A program made the position numbers and the translations under genes. The notes beneath the pieces were generated by a model, which was given only the letters and a program-made list of their open reading frames with translations, was not told where the DNA came from and made no database searches. DNA of 64,000 bases. It comes from Candidatus Aceula meridiana (GTDB lineage: Bacteria > Omnitrophota > Gorgyraeia > Zapsychrales > Aceulaceae). Shown here piece by piece: positions 41,776-49,643 of the stretch; the first letter of the stretch is position 1, and every line of letters starts with the position of its first letter. The stretch lies in assembly GCA_030765185.1 (NCBI GenBank), contig JAVCDE010000024.1, positions 123,538 through 187,537 on the forward strand, read 5' to 3'.

Positions 41776-42264
41776 CTAACCCTCGTTTTTGAGTAATTCT
41801 TTAAAATCATTGCGGGTGAGATTGCCTTTGTACCCGATTTCAACAACTTCTAAAATCGTGACTTTAAAAATAACAAATTTATTAGACATTCCAATCTCAA
41901 AATCTTCATGCCTTTTCTTATCACGAATCCCAGAAATAAGACGTGTGACTGTCAAAGCCATTTCCTTTTCCTGCAAATCATCCACAAGCTGCTGGCAAAT
42001 TCCATCGCCTTCAATAATTTTTGCAACTCCCTTGACTTGATATCCTTTAAGGGATTCTTGATCTACAAAAGACAAAGAAACGCGTGAATCGCGCTTCAAA
42101 TTTTCCCAAGTTTTCCCAATCGTGCAATCAACTAAATAAATAAACTCATCGGGAATTTTTAAAATAAGTTTAGGGGCAGAGTTGGGATACCCGTCTGAAT
42201 TAGCCGTCGCAACATCAATAAATTGAATCTTGTTCAAAAGTTTTTTAAAATTGTTGGTATTCAC
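41776..42264 (-). CDS. Pyridoxamine 5-phosphate oxidase-like FMN-binding split-barrel protein
   Basis: 162 aa. PNPOx-like pattern (…DGYPNSAPKLILK…SRVSL…GYQVKGVAKII). Confidence 0.6.
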   Translation of the reverse strand: MNTNNFKKLLNKIQFIDVATANSDGYPNSAPKLILKIPDEFIYLVDCTIGKTWENLKRDSRVSLSFVDQESLKGYQVKGVAKIIEGDGICQQLVDDLQEKEMALTVTRLISGIRDKKRHEDFEIGMSNKFVIFKVTILEVVEIGYKGNLTRNDFKELLKNEG

Positions 42265-42275
42265 AGATAAAATCT

Positions 42276-42641
42276 TTAGGCGTAGCTATCCAAACGCTTA
42301 ACGGCCTGGATATAACTGATAAGTTTTTTTGTTGTTACCTCAGGAAGGCCTTCAAATTTAACGCCAACTTCATAACGTCTATTTTTGACAATTTCTTTAG
42401 TCCATCGAACCGTAGCATGGGCTGTAAAGGAAAATTCTAGCTGCTCAAGCGTCAAAGAAACATCAATAACTGTTCCGATAGGGAGCTTTTCCTCAGAAAT
42501 AAAACGAATTCCAGACTGGCTGATTTCCTTTGCCTGAGACTTTGATGTTTTTCCCGTAAAAGCCACCTCGTAAGAGATACCCGAGGAGTCCGGGACGCGG
42601 ATAAAATTACGTTGTTCGTGATTTTCTGATTTTTCAGTCAT
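42276..42641 (-). CDS. Stand-alone PilZ-domain protein (predicted c-di-GMP receptor)
   Basis: 121 aa. RxxxR motif (QRNFIRV) and D/NxSxxG motif (EISQSGIRF) at PilZ-appropriate spacing. Confidence 0.65.
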   Translation of the reverse strand: MTEKSENHEQRNFIRVPDSSGISYEVAFTGKTSKSQAKEISQSGIRFISEEKLPIGTVIDVSLTLEQLEFSFTAHATVRWTKEIVKNRRYEVGVKFEGLPEVTTKKLISYIQAVKRLDSYA

Positions 42642-42700
42642 AATTAATCTCTCCGTTTAAAGTGTAGCATGTTTTTATCGTTTAGCAAAATAAATTCCTC

Positions 42701-43477
42701 CTAAAGTCCTACGCCGTCTGCCACAATTTCAACTTTTGGAGACGTAAGGCTCTCTTCGATTCCTCGATACTTAAGCCACCGATAATCCGGCTCGGCAAGA
42801 TGCCAAATATAAACCTTTGGGAAAACTATCTTTAGAAAACTAAAAATCCCAATGTGAGGATCAAGCAAGATTTTATAGGCCCTACGCGTTTTCCCTTCGA
42901 TTAGAACATCTTCCTCTTGAACAAGACGTGCGGTAAATTTATAAAGATGCGGTTCACCAGTTAAAAGAAAAAAGGTCTTTTTCCTTTTACCCTCTTGCAA
43001 AAATCTGCGCACATATAGCCCTAAAAGCAATCGGCTAACAATATCCCCTTTAAATTTAAAATTATAGATGTTCTCTTCTTTTGTCCCTTTTTGAAAATCC
43101 TGTCGGCGAAAGATGGTTTTATGTTTTTCAAAATCAAACGTCTGAAAAATTTCAACGATAAGGTTCCCATCCTTATCAAAAATTCTTTTTTCTCCTCTAA
43201 TGGGGCGCATCGACTTCACGCCATTTTCTACGGTCAGCCTCTCCTCCCAAGAAATTTCACCGAAAAAACCAGAATTTTTACCGCTACCTTTTTCGGTTAG
43301 AACATAGACATCTTTCCTATCTTCAGGGTTAGCCTCAATAGCAAAAGAAGCCTGCCAGCGCTTATTTCCCTTAAGGTCATAACCAGAATAACTAGAATGA
43401 AAAACCTCCTCTGAAAAAAGACTACTTTGCAACATCAGAAAAAAAACAAGAAATAAAAAATACGTTCTTATTTTCAT
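42701..43477 (-). CDS. Secreted hypothetical protein (possibly DUF3108-like)
   Basis: Cleavable signal peptide. No motif recognised with confidence. Sits between PilZ and the first heptosyltransferase. Confidence 0.5.
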   Translation of the reverse strand: MKIRTYFLFLVFFLMLQSSLFSEEVFHSSYSGYDLKGNKRWQASFAIEANPEDRKDVYVLTEKGSGKNSGFFGEISWEERLTVENGVKSMRPIRGEKRIFDKDGNLIVEIFQTFDFEKHKTIFRRQDFQKGTKEENIYNFKFKGDIVSRLLLGLYVRRFLQEGKRKKTFFLLTGEPHLYKFTARLVQEEDVLIEGKTRRAYKILLDPHIGIFSFLKIVFPKVYIWHLAEPDYRWLKYRGIEESLTSPKVEIVADGVGL

Positions 43478-44517
43478 GATTTAAGAATTTCGTCAGTAGC
43501 CGCTAGTACATTTGAAACACTGATAGACCGGAGACACTTAAAATTAATTTTGCACTCATGGGCCAAGCAAACCTTACAGCCAATATTGTTATGAAGAACG
43601 ATATCTTTTTTTCCTAACGGACGCCACCGCGTTTGCGACAGTCCTGGCTGATTGCGACCAAGAATGGAAACAACCGAGGTATGAACGCCGACAGCCAAAT
43701 GCACCGGCCCGGAATCATTGGAGATTAGTAAAGAGCTTCGCTTTAAAATGCTTACCGATTGGCTGATGCTTGTCTGGCCGGTTAAATCAATGACAGAAAC
43801 ATTTGTCGACGCCAAAACCTCTCGGGCAATGAGCTGATTGTCCCCCGCTCCAATTAAAATGATTTTAGCAGGATATTTTTTATCAAGCTCCTCGATAACC
43901 TCTGCAAACCTCTCTGGAGGCCAACGCTTTGAAATACAACTTGCCCCCGGATGAATGGCGAAAACCTTATCATTAGGCCCAATCTTTTTTTGCAAAAATA
44001 ATTTATCAGCCCACTCCTCAGACTCAGGATCAATGCCGACACAAAGATTAAGATCGTGAAACTCAACTCCAATATATTTTAAAAGCTCCAAACAATACTG
44101 CGCTTCATGTTTTGTCCCATCGGTGCGTGGATCCGGATATTGTGTTAGAAAAAAATTAAGTTTTTTATTCTTAAAGCCAATCCGAGGCTTAATGCCAGCA
44201 TGGAACAACATCGCATTCGTTCGATTTTTTAAATGATAGTTGATTGCCAAATCAAATTTATGTCGTCTTAAAACAAAAACAAAATGCCAAAATCCAAAAA
44301 AACCTTTATCTTTTCCATGCTGATCATACACAAGAACTTCATCTAAAAAAGGATTACCGACAACTATATCCTTGGTCTCTGGGTTTACCAATATCGTAAT
44401 CCGCGCTTTTGGATAAGCCTTGCGCAAAGCCTCAATGGCTGGAGTGGTCAAAACCACATCTCCAATGCGATCAGTCCTAACAACAAGAATATTTTTAAAC
44501 TCTCTTTTTTTAATCAT
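43474..44517 (-). CDS. Glycosyltransferase family 9 (LPS heptosyltransferase, RfaF/WaaF-like)
   Basis: N-terminal ILVVRTDRIGDVVLTTPAIEAL and C-terminal SNDSGPVHLAVGVHTSVVSILG GT9 signatures. Confidence 0.85.
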   Translation of the reverse strand: MIKKREFKNILVVRTDRIGDVVLTTPAIEALRKAYPKARITILVNPETKDIVVGNPFLDEVLVYDQHGKDKGFFGFWHFVFVLRRHKFDLAINYHLKNRTNAMLFHAGIKPRIGFKNKKLNFFLTQYPDPRTDGTKHEAQYCLELLKYIGVEFHDLNLCVGIDPESEEWADKLFLQKKIGPNDKVFAIHPGASCISKRWPPERFAEVIEELDKKYPAKIILIGAGDNQLIAREVLASTNVSVIDLTGQTSISQSVSILKRSSLLISNDSGPVHLAVGVHTSVVSILGRNQPGLSQTRWRPLGKKDIVLHNNIGCKVCLAHECKINFKCLRSISVSNVLAATDEILKS

Positions 44518-45485
44518 AAAATATTATCCACAATCATGTCAAAAACGTCCTTAGGGTCAATTTCATCGATTAAAGAGCATCCCTTTTCATCAACATTACT
44601 GCTTTTTAAAAAATACCCCTTTTTGCCCCAAGGTCCATATTCTTGAGGACTACTCGGTCCAAACAAAACAAGAGCTGGAATATTAAAATAACTTGCTAAA
44701 TGCGCTACGGCGCTATCATTGGCAAGCACAAATTCACTTTCTTGAAGAACATAGGACAATGTTAAAAGATCAATTTTTCCGCACAAATTTATGCAAGACT
44801 CTTTTGCCTCTCGAATAATATCAACAGTCGCATCATTGTCATTTTCATCACCAACAAAAACAGCCGTAAGATGCTTTTCATTCTTAAGCATGTGACAGAT
44901 GCTGGCAAACCCTTTCTTGTTCCAACGTTTCGCAGGATTAGCCGATCCTGTAGAAACGACATAATACTTCTGATTTTTCCCAAGATAATGGCCGATGCGG
45001 CCCTCAATGTTCTTTTCCTGACGATCATTTAAAAAAATCGCATAACGATTATTCGACATCATCGAATCCGGTACAACCTCTTGAAGACGTTTGAAATGCT
45101 TATCTTTCATATGCATTTTAAAATCGGCACGTGGCTTACTTAAAGAAGTCCTCCTTTTTGGATTAATAATCAAGGGGATAGCCGTATGGCGCAAATCGAC
45201 AACCATATCAAAACGATATTGTCGCAAAGCCCATGCCCATTTTAGCATTGAAAATTTTGGCTGCTGCTTATCAAAGACTAAAACATCTTGCAAGTAAGGG
45301 TTGTTATCAAAAAGGCCTTTTGCCTTTTGGCCAACCACTAAAAAAATTTCTGAAGTCGGAAAACGGTCAATAAGACTATCAATGACAGGGCATGTCAAAA
45401 CCACATCACCGATATTGCTTAAGGAGATAACAAGAATTTTTTCAACATCCATTCTCTTTAATCCTTTCAATGACATCATCCACAC
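44514..45485 (-). CDS. Glycosyltransferase family 9 (LPS heptosyltransferase)
   Basis: ILVISLSNIGDVVLTCPVIDSL and ANDSAVAHLASYFNIPALVLFGPSSP motifs. Confidence 0.85.
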   Translation of the reverse strand: MWMMSLKGLKRMDVEKILVISLSNIGDVVLTCPVIDSLIDRFPTSEIFLVVGQKAKGLFDNNPYLQDVLVFDKQQPKFSMLKWAWALRQYRFDMVVDLRHTAIPLIINPKRRTSLSKPRADFKMHMKDKHFKRLQEVVPDSMMSNNRYAIFLNDRQEKNIEGRIGHYLGKNQKYYVVSTGSANPAKRWNKKGFASICHMLKNEKHLTAVFVGDENDNDATVDIIREAKESCINLCGKIDLLTLSYVLQESEFVLANDSAVAHLASYFNIPALVLFGPSSPQEYGPWGKKGYFLKSSNVDEKGCSLIDEIDPKDVFDMIVDNIL

Positions 45486-46455
45486 TTATCGCTTTCATGC
45501 AAATATTATCTTTGCAATCAAGGTGATAGCAAGGCTTGTCATTACATCCTACCTCTTGCCGTATAATAATTCCCTCTTTGATTCCTCGCGGGCCTGTTAC
45601 CTTCGGATGCGTTGGACCAAAAAGCGCAATCGTTTCAGTCCCGACGCTGCTAGCAGCGTGAAGCGGCCCAGAGTCAGCAGAAATAACAATCGATGCTCTT
45701 TTTAAAACTGCAAAAAGCTGAGAAAGAGTTGTTTTTCCCGCGAAAACAATTGGTGTGGCTTGCGTAAGGGCAACAATCTGATTTGCGCTATCAACATCTT
45801 TAGGCGCTCCTGAGATAGCAACCTTAGCCTTCAACTCTTTCTGAAGTCGGTCTGCCAGGTGAGCGAAGTTTTCTTCTGGCCAACGCTTTAAATCCCAATT
45901 ACCGCCAATATTTAAAATTGCCAAGAAATCATTTTCTTTAATTCCATTTTCTGCAATAAATTTTTCCGCAAAAACTTCTGACTCCTTATCGCAAGAAAGC
46001 TCATATTTTCTCTGTTTGACTTCAACGCCGAAAGACTCAATGACCTGAAGATAGTGGTCGCTACGATGGACTGCGCTACTCACACGTTTCACGATATGAG
46101 TTAGAAGGCTTCCTCTTTTTTTCGTTGCATATCCTACGCGGACAGGAATGCCCGCTAAAAAAATTAAAAGCGCCCTTGTCATCGAACCATGCAATAAAAA
46201 GGCAACATCAAACTTTTCACGCCTAAGCGCTCCGATAATTTTCAGTTTTCCTAAAGTCGACTGATGACATCCTTTTTCTTCATAGATAATAACGTTGTCG
46301 ATAAATGGAATCTGCTTTAAGACCTCCGCAACGCGTGGAACCGCCATGCAAGAAATCTGACTTTGAGGATATTTCACATGTAGTGCGCGGAAAATAGGCG
46401 CTGAAAAAATAACATCCCCGAGCCAATTAACATTAACAACAAGAATTTTTTTCAT
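45442..46455 (-). CDS. Glycosyltransferase family 9 (LPS heptosyltransferase)
   Basis: ILVVNVNWLGDVIFSAPIFRAL and SADSGPLHAASSVGTETIALFGPTHP motifs. Confidence 0.85.
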   Translation of the reverse strand: MKKILVVNVNWLGDVIFSAPIFRALHVKYPQSQISCMAVPRVAEVLKQIPFIDNVIIYEEKGCHQSTLGKLKIIGALRREKFDVAFLLHGSMTRALLIFLAGIPVRVGYATKKRGSLLTHIVKRVSSAVHRSDHYLQVIESFGVEVKQRKYELSCDKESEVFAEKFIAENGIKENDFLAILNIGGNWDLKRWPEENFAHLADRLQKELKAKVAISGAPKDVDSANQIVALTQATPIVFAGKTTLSQLFAVLKRASIVISADSGPLHAASSVGTETIALFGPTHPKVTGPRGIKEGIIIRQEVGCNDKPCYHLDCKDNICMKAISVDDVIERIKENGC

Positions 46456-47543
46456 TTCAAAACACCTTGATAAATTTCAAGCGTTTTATCAATCATTTTC
46501 TCCGGCGAAAAATTCTTTTTAATAAATGCCTTCCCGGCAGCTCCAAGCTCTTTAGCTTTTTCCATATTGTTAATAAGCATAACAAGCGCTGCGGCAAGAG
46601 CATCAGGGTTTTCCGTAGGCACAAGAAGCCCTGTCTCTCCATCTTGAATAAGGCTCATAAGCCCACCGATTTTTGAAGCGACAACCGGCAATCCCACCGC
46701 CTGCGCCTCCATAACCGATAAGCCTAACCCCTCTTGGCGCGAGGGCATAACAAAAATATCTAAAAATGGTAAAATATTGTCAAGGTCATTGATAATTGGC
46801 AGAAAAGAAACATTTTTTTCAAGTCCAAGTTCATCAACAAGTTTCAAAAGAGCATCGCCCTCTTTTCCTTCGCCGACAATTAACAAATTTGCTTCTGGAT
46901 TTGATTCGATAACTTTTTTCATTGCCTTAATCGCAACATCTATTCCTTTCACATCAGAAAGCCGTGCAACAATACCAAGAATCACCCCTTTTTTCAAATT
47001 AAGCTCTTTTCGCTTTTCCTCTTTTTGCTGAATGCCAACAGCGCATTCCTTTATTTCAACGCCATGTGGAATTAAAAAGATCTTCTCTTTTGAAACGCAA
47101 AGGTCATTTTTTAAATGCTCAACAACCTGAGGACTAATGGCAATCGTCGCGTCTCCCCAGCATGGAAAAATTTTTCGTGAAATACGTGCCTTAAAAAACC
47201 CATGACAAGTTGCCACATGAGGAATTTTTATAAAATGCTTAAGCATTGTCCCGACAACCTGCGTAACACGTGTCTGCGAATGAACAACATCGATAGCGTT
47301 CTCTCGAATAAAACTCTGAAGTTTATTAACTGCGCGATAAACCTTTGGGCTAAGTTCAGATTTTGTATTGATATCCAAATCAACATGTCTGCCGCCTGAA
47401 CTTTTAAGCTCTTCTATCATATTGCCACCACTTGAGGCAACATAAATACAATGACCTTTTTTCACAAAACCACGCGTTAAGCTTAAGATATAGCTTGTAA
47501 TCCCACCGGCATTAAAATGTGTTGTAAAAATAAGGATGTTCAT
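46452..47543 (-). CDS. Glycosyltransferase family 4 (GT-B, group 1)
   Basis: 363 aa. C-terminal E-x7-E region (PSRQEGLGLSVMEAQAVGLPVVASKIGG). Confidence 0.85.
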   Translation of the reverse strand: MNILIFTTHFNAGGITSYILSLTRGFVKKGHCIYVASSGGNMIEELKSSGGRHVDLDINTKSELSPKVYRAVNKLQSFIRENAIDVVHSQTRVTQVVGTMLKHFIKIPHVATCHGFFKARISRKIFPCWGDATIAISPQVVEHLKNDLCVSKEKIFLIPHGVEIKECAVGIQQKEEKRKELNLKKGVILGIVARLSDVKGIDVAIKAMKKVIESNPEANLLIVGEGKEGDALLKLVDELGLEKNVSFLPIINDLDNILPFLDIFVMPSRQEGLGLSVMEAQAVGLPVVASKIGGLMSLIQDGETGLLVPTENPDALAAALVMLINNMEKAKELGAAGKAFIKKNFSPEKMIDKTLEIYQGVLK

Positions 47544-49643
47544 TTAGCTATTATCCATCAGCTGCCTCACTGCTTGGGCAACCTCTTGAGGGGTTATCTG
47601 TGTCATGCAGTCATGCGTATGCAAGGGGCATCGTGATTGATAACAATGCATGCAATCTAATTTGCGATAAAGAATTCTTGATTTCTTTGATGGTGGCAAA
47701 TGGCGCAAAGGATCTGTCGGCCCAAAGAAGGCAACAAAAGGCGTTTCCATAGCTGCCGCGATATGCATCGATGCCGAATCCGGTGTTACATATACATGAC
47801 ATTTTCTAATAAGAGCTGCCAGTTGCAAAACATTTGTTTTTCCGATAAGGTCTGCCGGCTTGGCTTTTGTTTTCTTTAAAAGCTCGCGAGCGAGAATTTT
47901 ATCTTTTTCAACACCTGTTAAGACGACACGAATGTTTTGTGCAGCCAAAATATCACAGAGCTCAGCCACATAATCTAGCGGCCACCTTTTGCTTTCCCAT
48001 CGTGATGAGGCGGCTAAATTGATACCCACCAGTTGCGTATTTTTAGCGATCCACTGACTTTCAAAAAGTTGCTGAATATATTTTTCGTCTTCTTTGGATG
48101 GCCAAAGCTCAAGATGTTCTTGCCCATTTGTTGTAATACCTAAAAGATTTAAAACTCGAAATTGGTGCGCAACCGCAGGTATTGGCGCGTGGTCATCAGA
48201 AACACTGTTAGACAGTAAGGCCCCCCATTTTGTATTTTTATATCCATAGCGTTCATGGCACAGACTTAAAAAAGCCAGAAGATGACTTTTCCTATTGTTC
48301 TGGAAATCAATAACTTTATCAAACCGATAGCGCCGCAACTTCTTAATGATCTTTCCAAACCCCCAAAAGCCTTTGTGTTTATGTACTGGATCATAGACAA
48401 TAACTTCATCTAAATAAGGGCACCTCTGCAAAATTTCACGAAAATCCTTTTTAACCAAACAAGAAATCTTGGCCAACGGAAAACGCTCGCGTAACGCCTT
48501 TAAAGACGGCATAATAAGAATAACATCACCTAAGGCACTTAATTTTATAACTAAAATTTTTATATGCTTTAAGACCTCTCCATAAACTTCCAGCGTCTGG
48601 CTCGCCATATGGTCCAAGGTATAATGGGATAAAATCTTTTCTTTGGCATTTTCAACCAAGCGGCGTGCTAGCACCTTGTCTTCTAAAACACGTACAACCG
48701 CCTCGGCCATCTTTTCGGGATGTTTAGGCTCAACTAAAATCCCAGTTTGCTCATCTTCAATAATTTCAACGACGCCACCTACTCTTGCCGCAACAACCGG
48801 CACTCCGGCTGCCTGGGCTTCAACGATAACTCTACCAAAAGACTCAGGGACAACAGATGAGAAAACTAAAACATCCGTCTCAGCTAAGAGTTCAGGAATA
48901 TCTTTGCGGCTTCCTAAGAATTCAACTTTATCGGCTAGCCCTAAACGACGAACAAGAACTTTAAGGCCTTCACGATACGATATTTTTTCTTCCGGCGCAT
49001 CGCCTATAATCCAAATCTTAACATATGGTAAAGTACGCACGACACGTGCCATTGCCCTTAAAAAATACTCATGCCCTTTCAAAGGAGTAATGCGTCCAAT
49101 AATCGAGATGGTATATTCAGACTTTGAAAAACTTTCAGAACGTGGGATATTAAATTTACGCAAGTCCACGCTACGCGGAATGCAGCGAATGTTTTCTGCG
49201 GCGACATGAAAATCTTCTATCATGTGTCTGCCAATAACTTTGCTCGGAACAATAATAAGTTTGCCCCAAGCCATAACACGTGAAAAAAAATGTTTCGAAT
49301 AATACCCGTGACACGTTGTGACAAAAGGTGTCTTGATTTTTTGGCAAGCGAAAAATGCAATCCACCCCGGAACACGAGACCGAGCGTGGACAATATCAAC
49401 TTTCTCTTGTTGTAGGATTTTGATAAGACGGTGTGTGCACCAAATAGCCGTCAAAATATTCTTGCGGTGAGCAGGAAGCTCAATATGCCTCGCCCCGGCC
49501 TCCTCCAAATCAACAACAAGTTCCCCTCCATTTGAGATAACAAGCGCCTGATGGCCATGCTCAACTAAGTAACGGGCTAAATCAACCGTTCCGGTCTCTA
49601 CTCCACCTACGCGTAACTCCGGAAGAATTTGCAGTACTCTCAT
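47544..49643 (-). CDS. Fused GT4 glycosyltransferase (N-terminal ~360 aa) + GT9 heptosyltransferase (C-terminal ~340 aa)
   Basis: N-terminal half carries GT4 motifs (PESFGRVIVEAQAAGVPVVAARVGG). From about nt 48566 downward a GT9 domain follows (KILVIKLSALGDVILIMPSLKAL … TPDSASMHIAAAMETPFVAFFGPTDP). Confidence 0.8.
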   Translation of the reverse strand: MRVLQILPELRVGGVETGTVDLARYLVEHGHQALVISNGGELVVDLEEAGARHIELPAHRKNILTAIWCTHRLIKILQQEKVDIVHARSRVPGWIAFFACQKIKTPFVTTCHGYYSKHFFSRVMAWGKLIIVPSKVIGRHMIEDFHVAAENIRCIPRSVDLRKFNIPRSESFSKSEYTISIIGRITPLKGHEYFLRAMARVVRTLPYVKIWIIGDAPEEKISYREGLKVLVRRLGLADKVEFLGSRKDIPELLAETDVLVFSSVVPESFGRVIVEAQAAGVPVVAARVGGVVEIIEDEQTGILVEPKHPEKMAEAVVRVLEDKVLARRLVENAKEKILSHYTLDHMASQTLEVYGEVLKHIKILVIKLSALGDVILIMPSLKALRERFPLAKISCLVKKDFREILQRCPYLDEVIVYDPVHKHKGFWGFGKIIKKLRRYRFDKVIDFQNNRKSHLLAFLSLCHERYGYKNTKWGALLSNSVSDDHAPIPAVAHQFRVLNLLGITTNGQEHLELWPSKEDEKYIQQLFESQWIAKNTQLVGINLAASSRWESKRWPLDYVAELCDILAAQNIRVVLTGVEKDKILARELLKKTKAKPADLIGKTNVLQLAALIRKCHVYVTPDSASMHIAAAMETPFVAFFGPTDPLRHLPPSKKSRILYRKLDCMHCYQSRCPLHTHDCMTQITPQEVAQAVRQLMDNS

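Noticed and set aside
48643-49209. 188-aa plus-strand ORF, and similar plus-strand ORFs at 61434-61868, 61992-62318, 45301-45705
   Set aside because: All are embedded antisense within well-conserved minus-strand genes (GT4–GT9 fusion, giant PEP enzyme, GT9). They lack recognisable motifs and are typical shadow ORFs.
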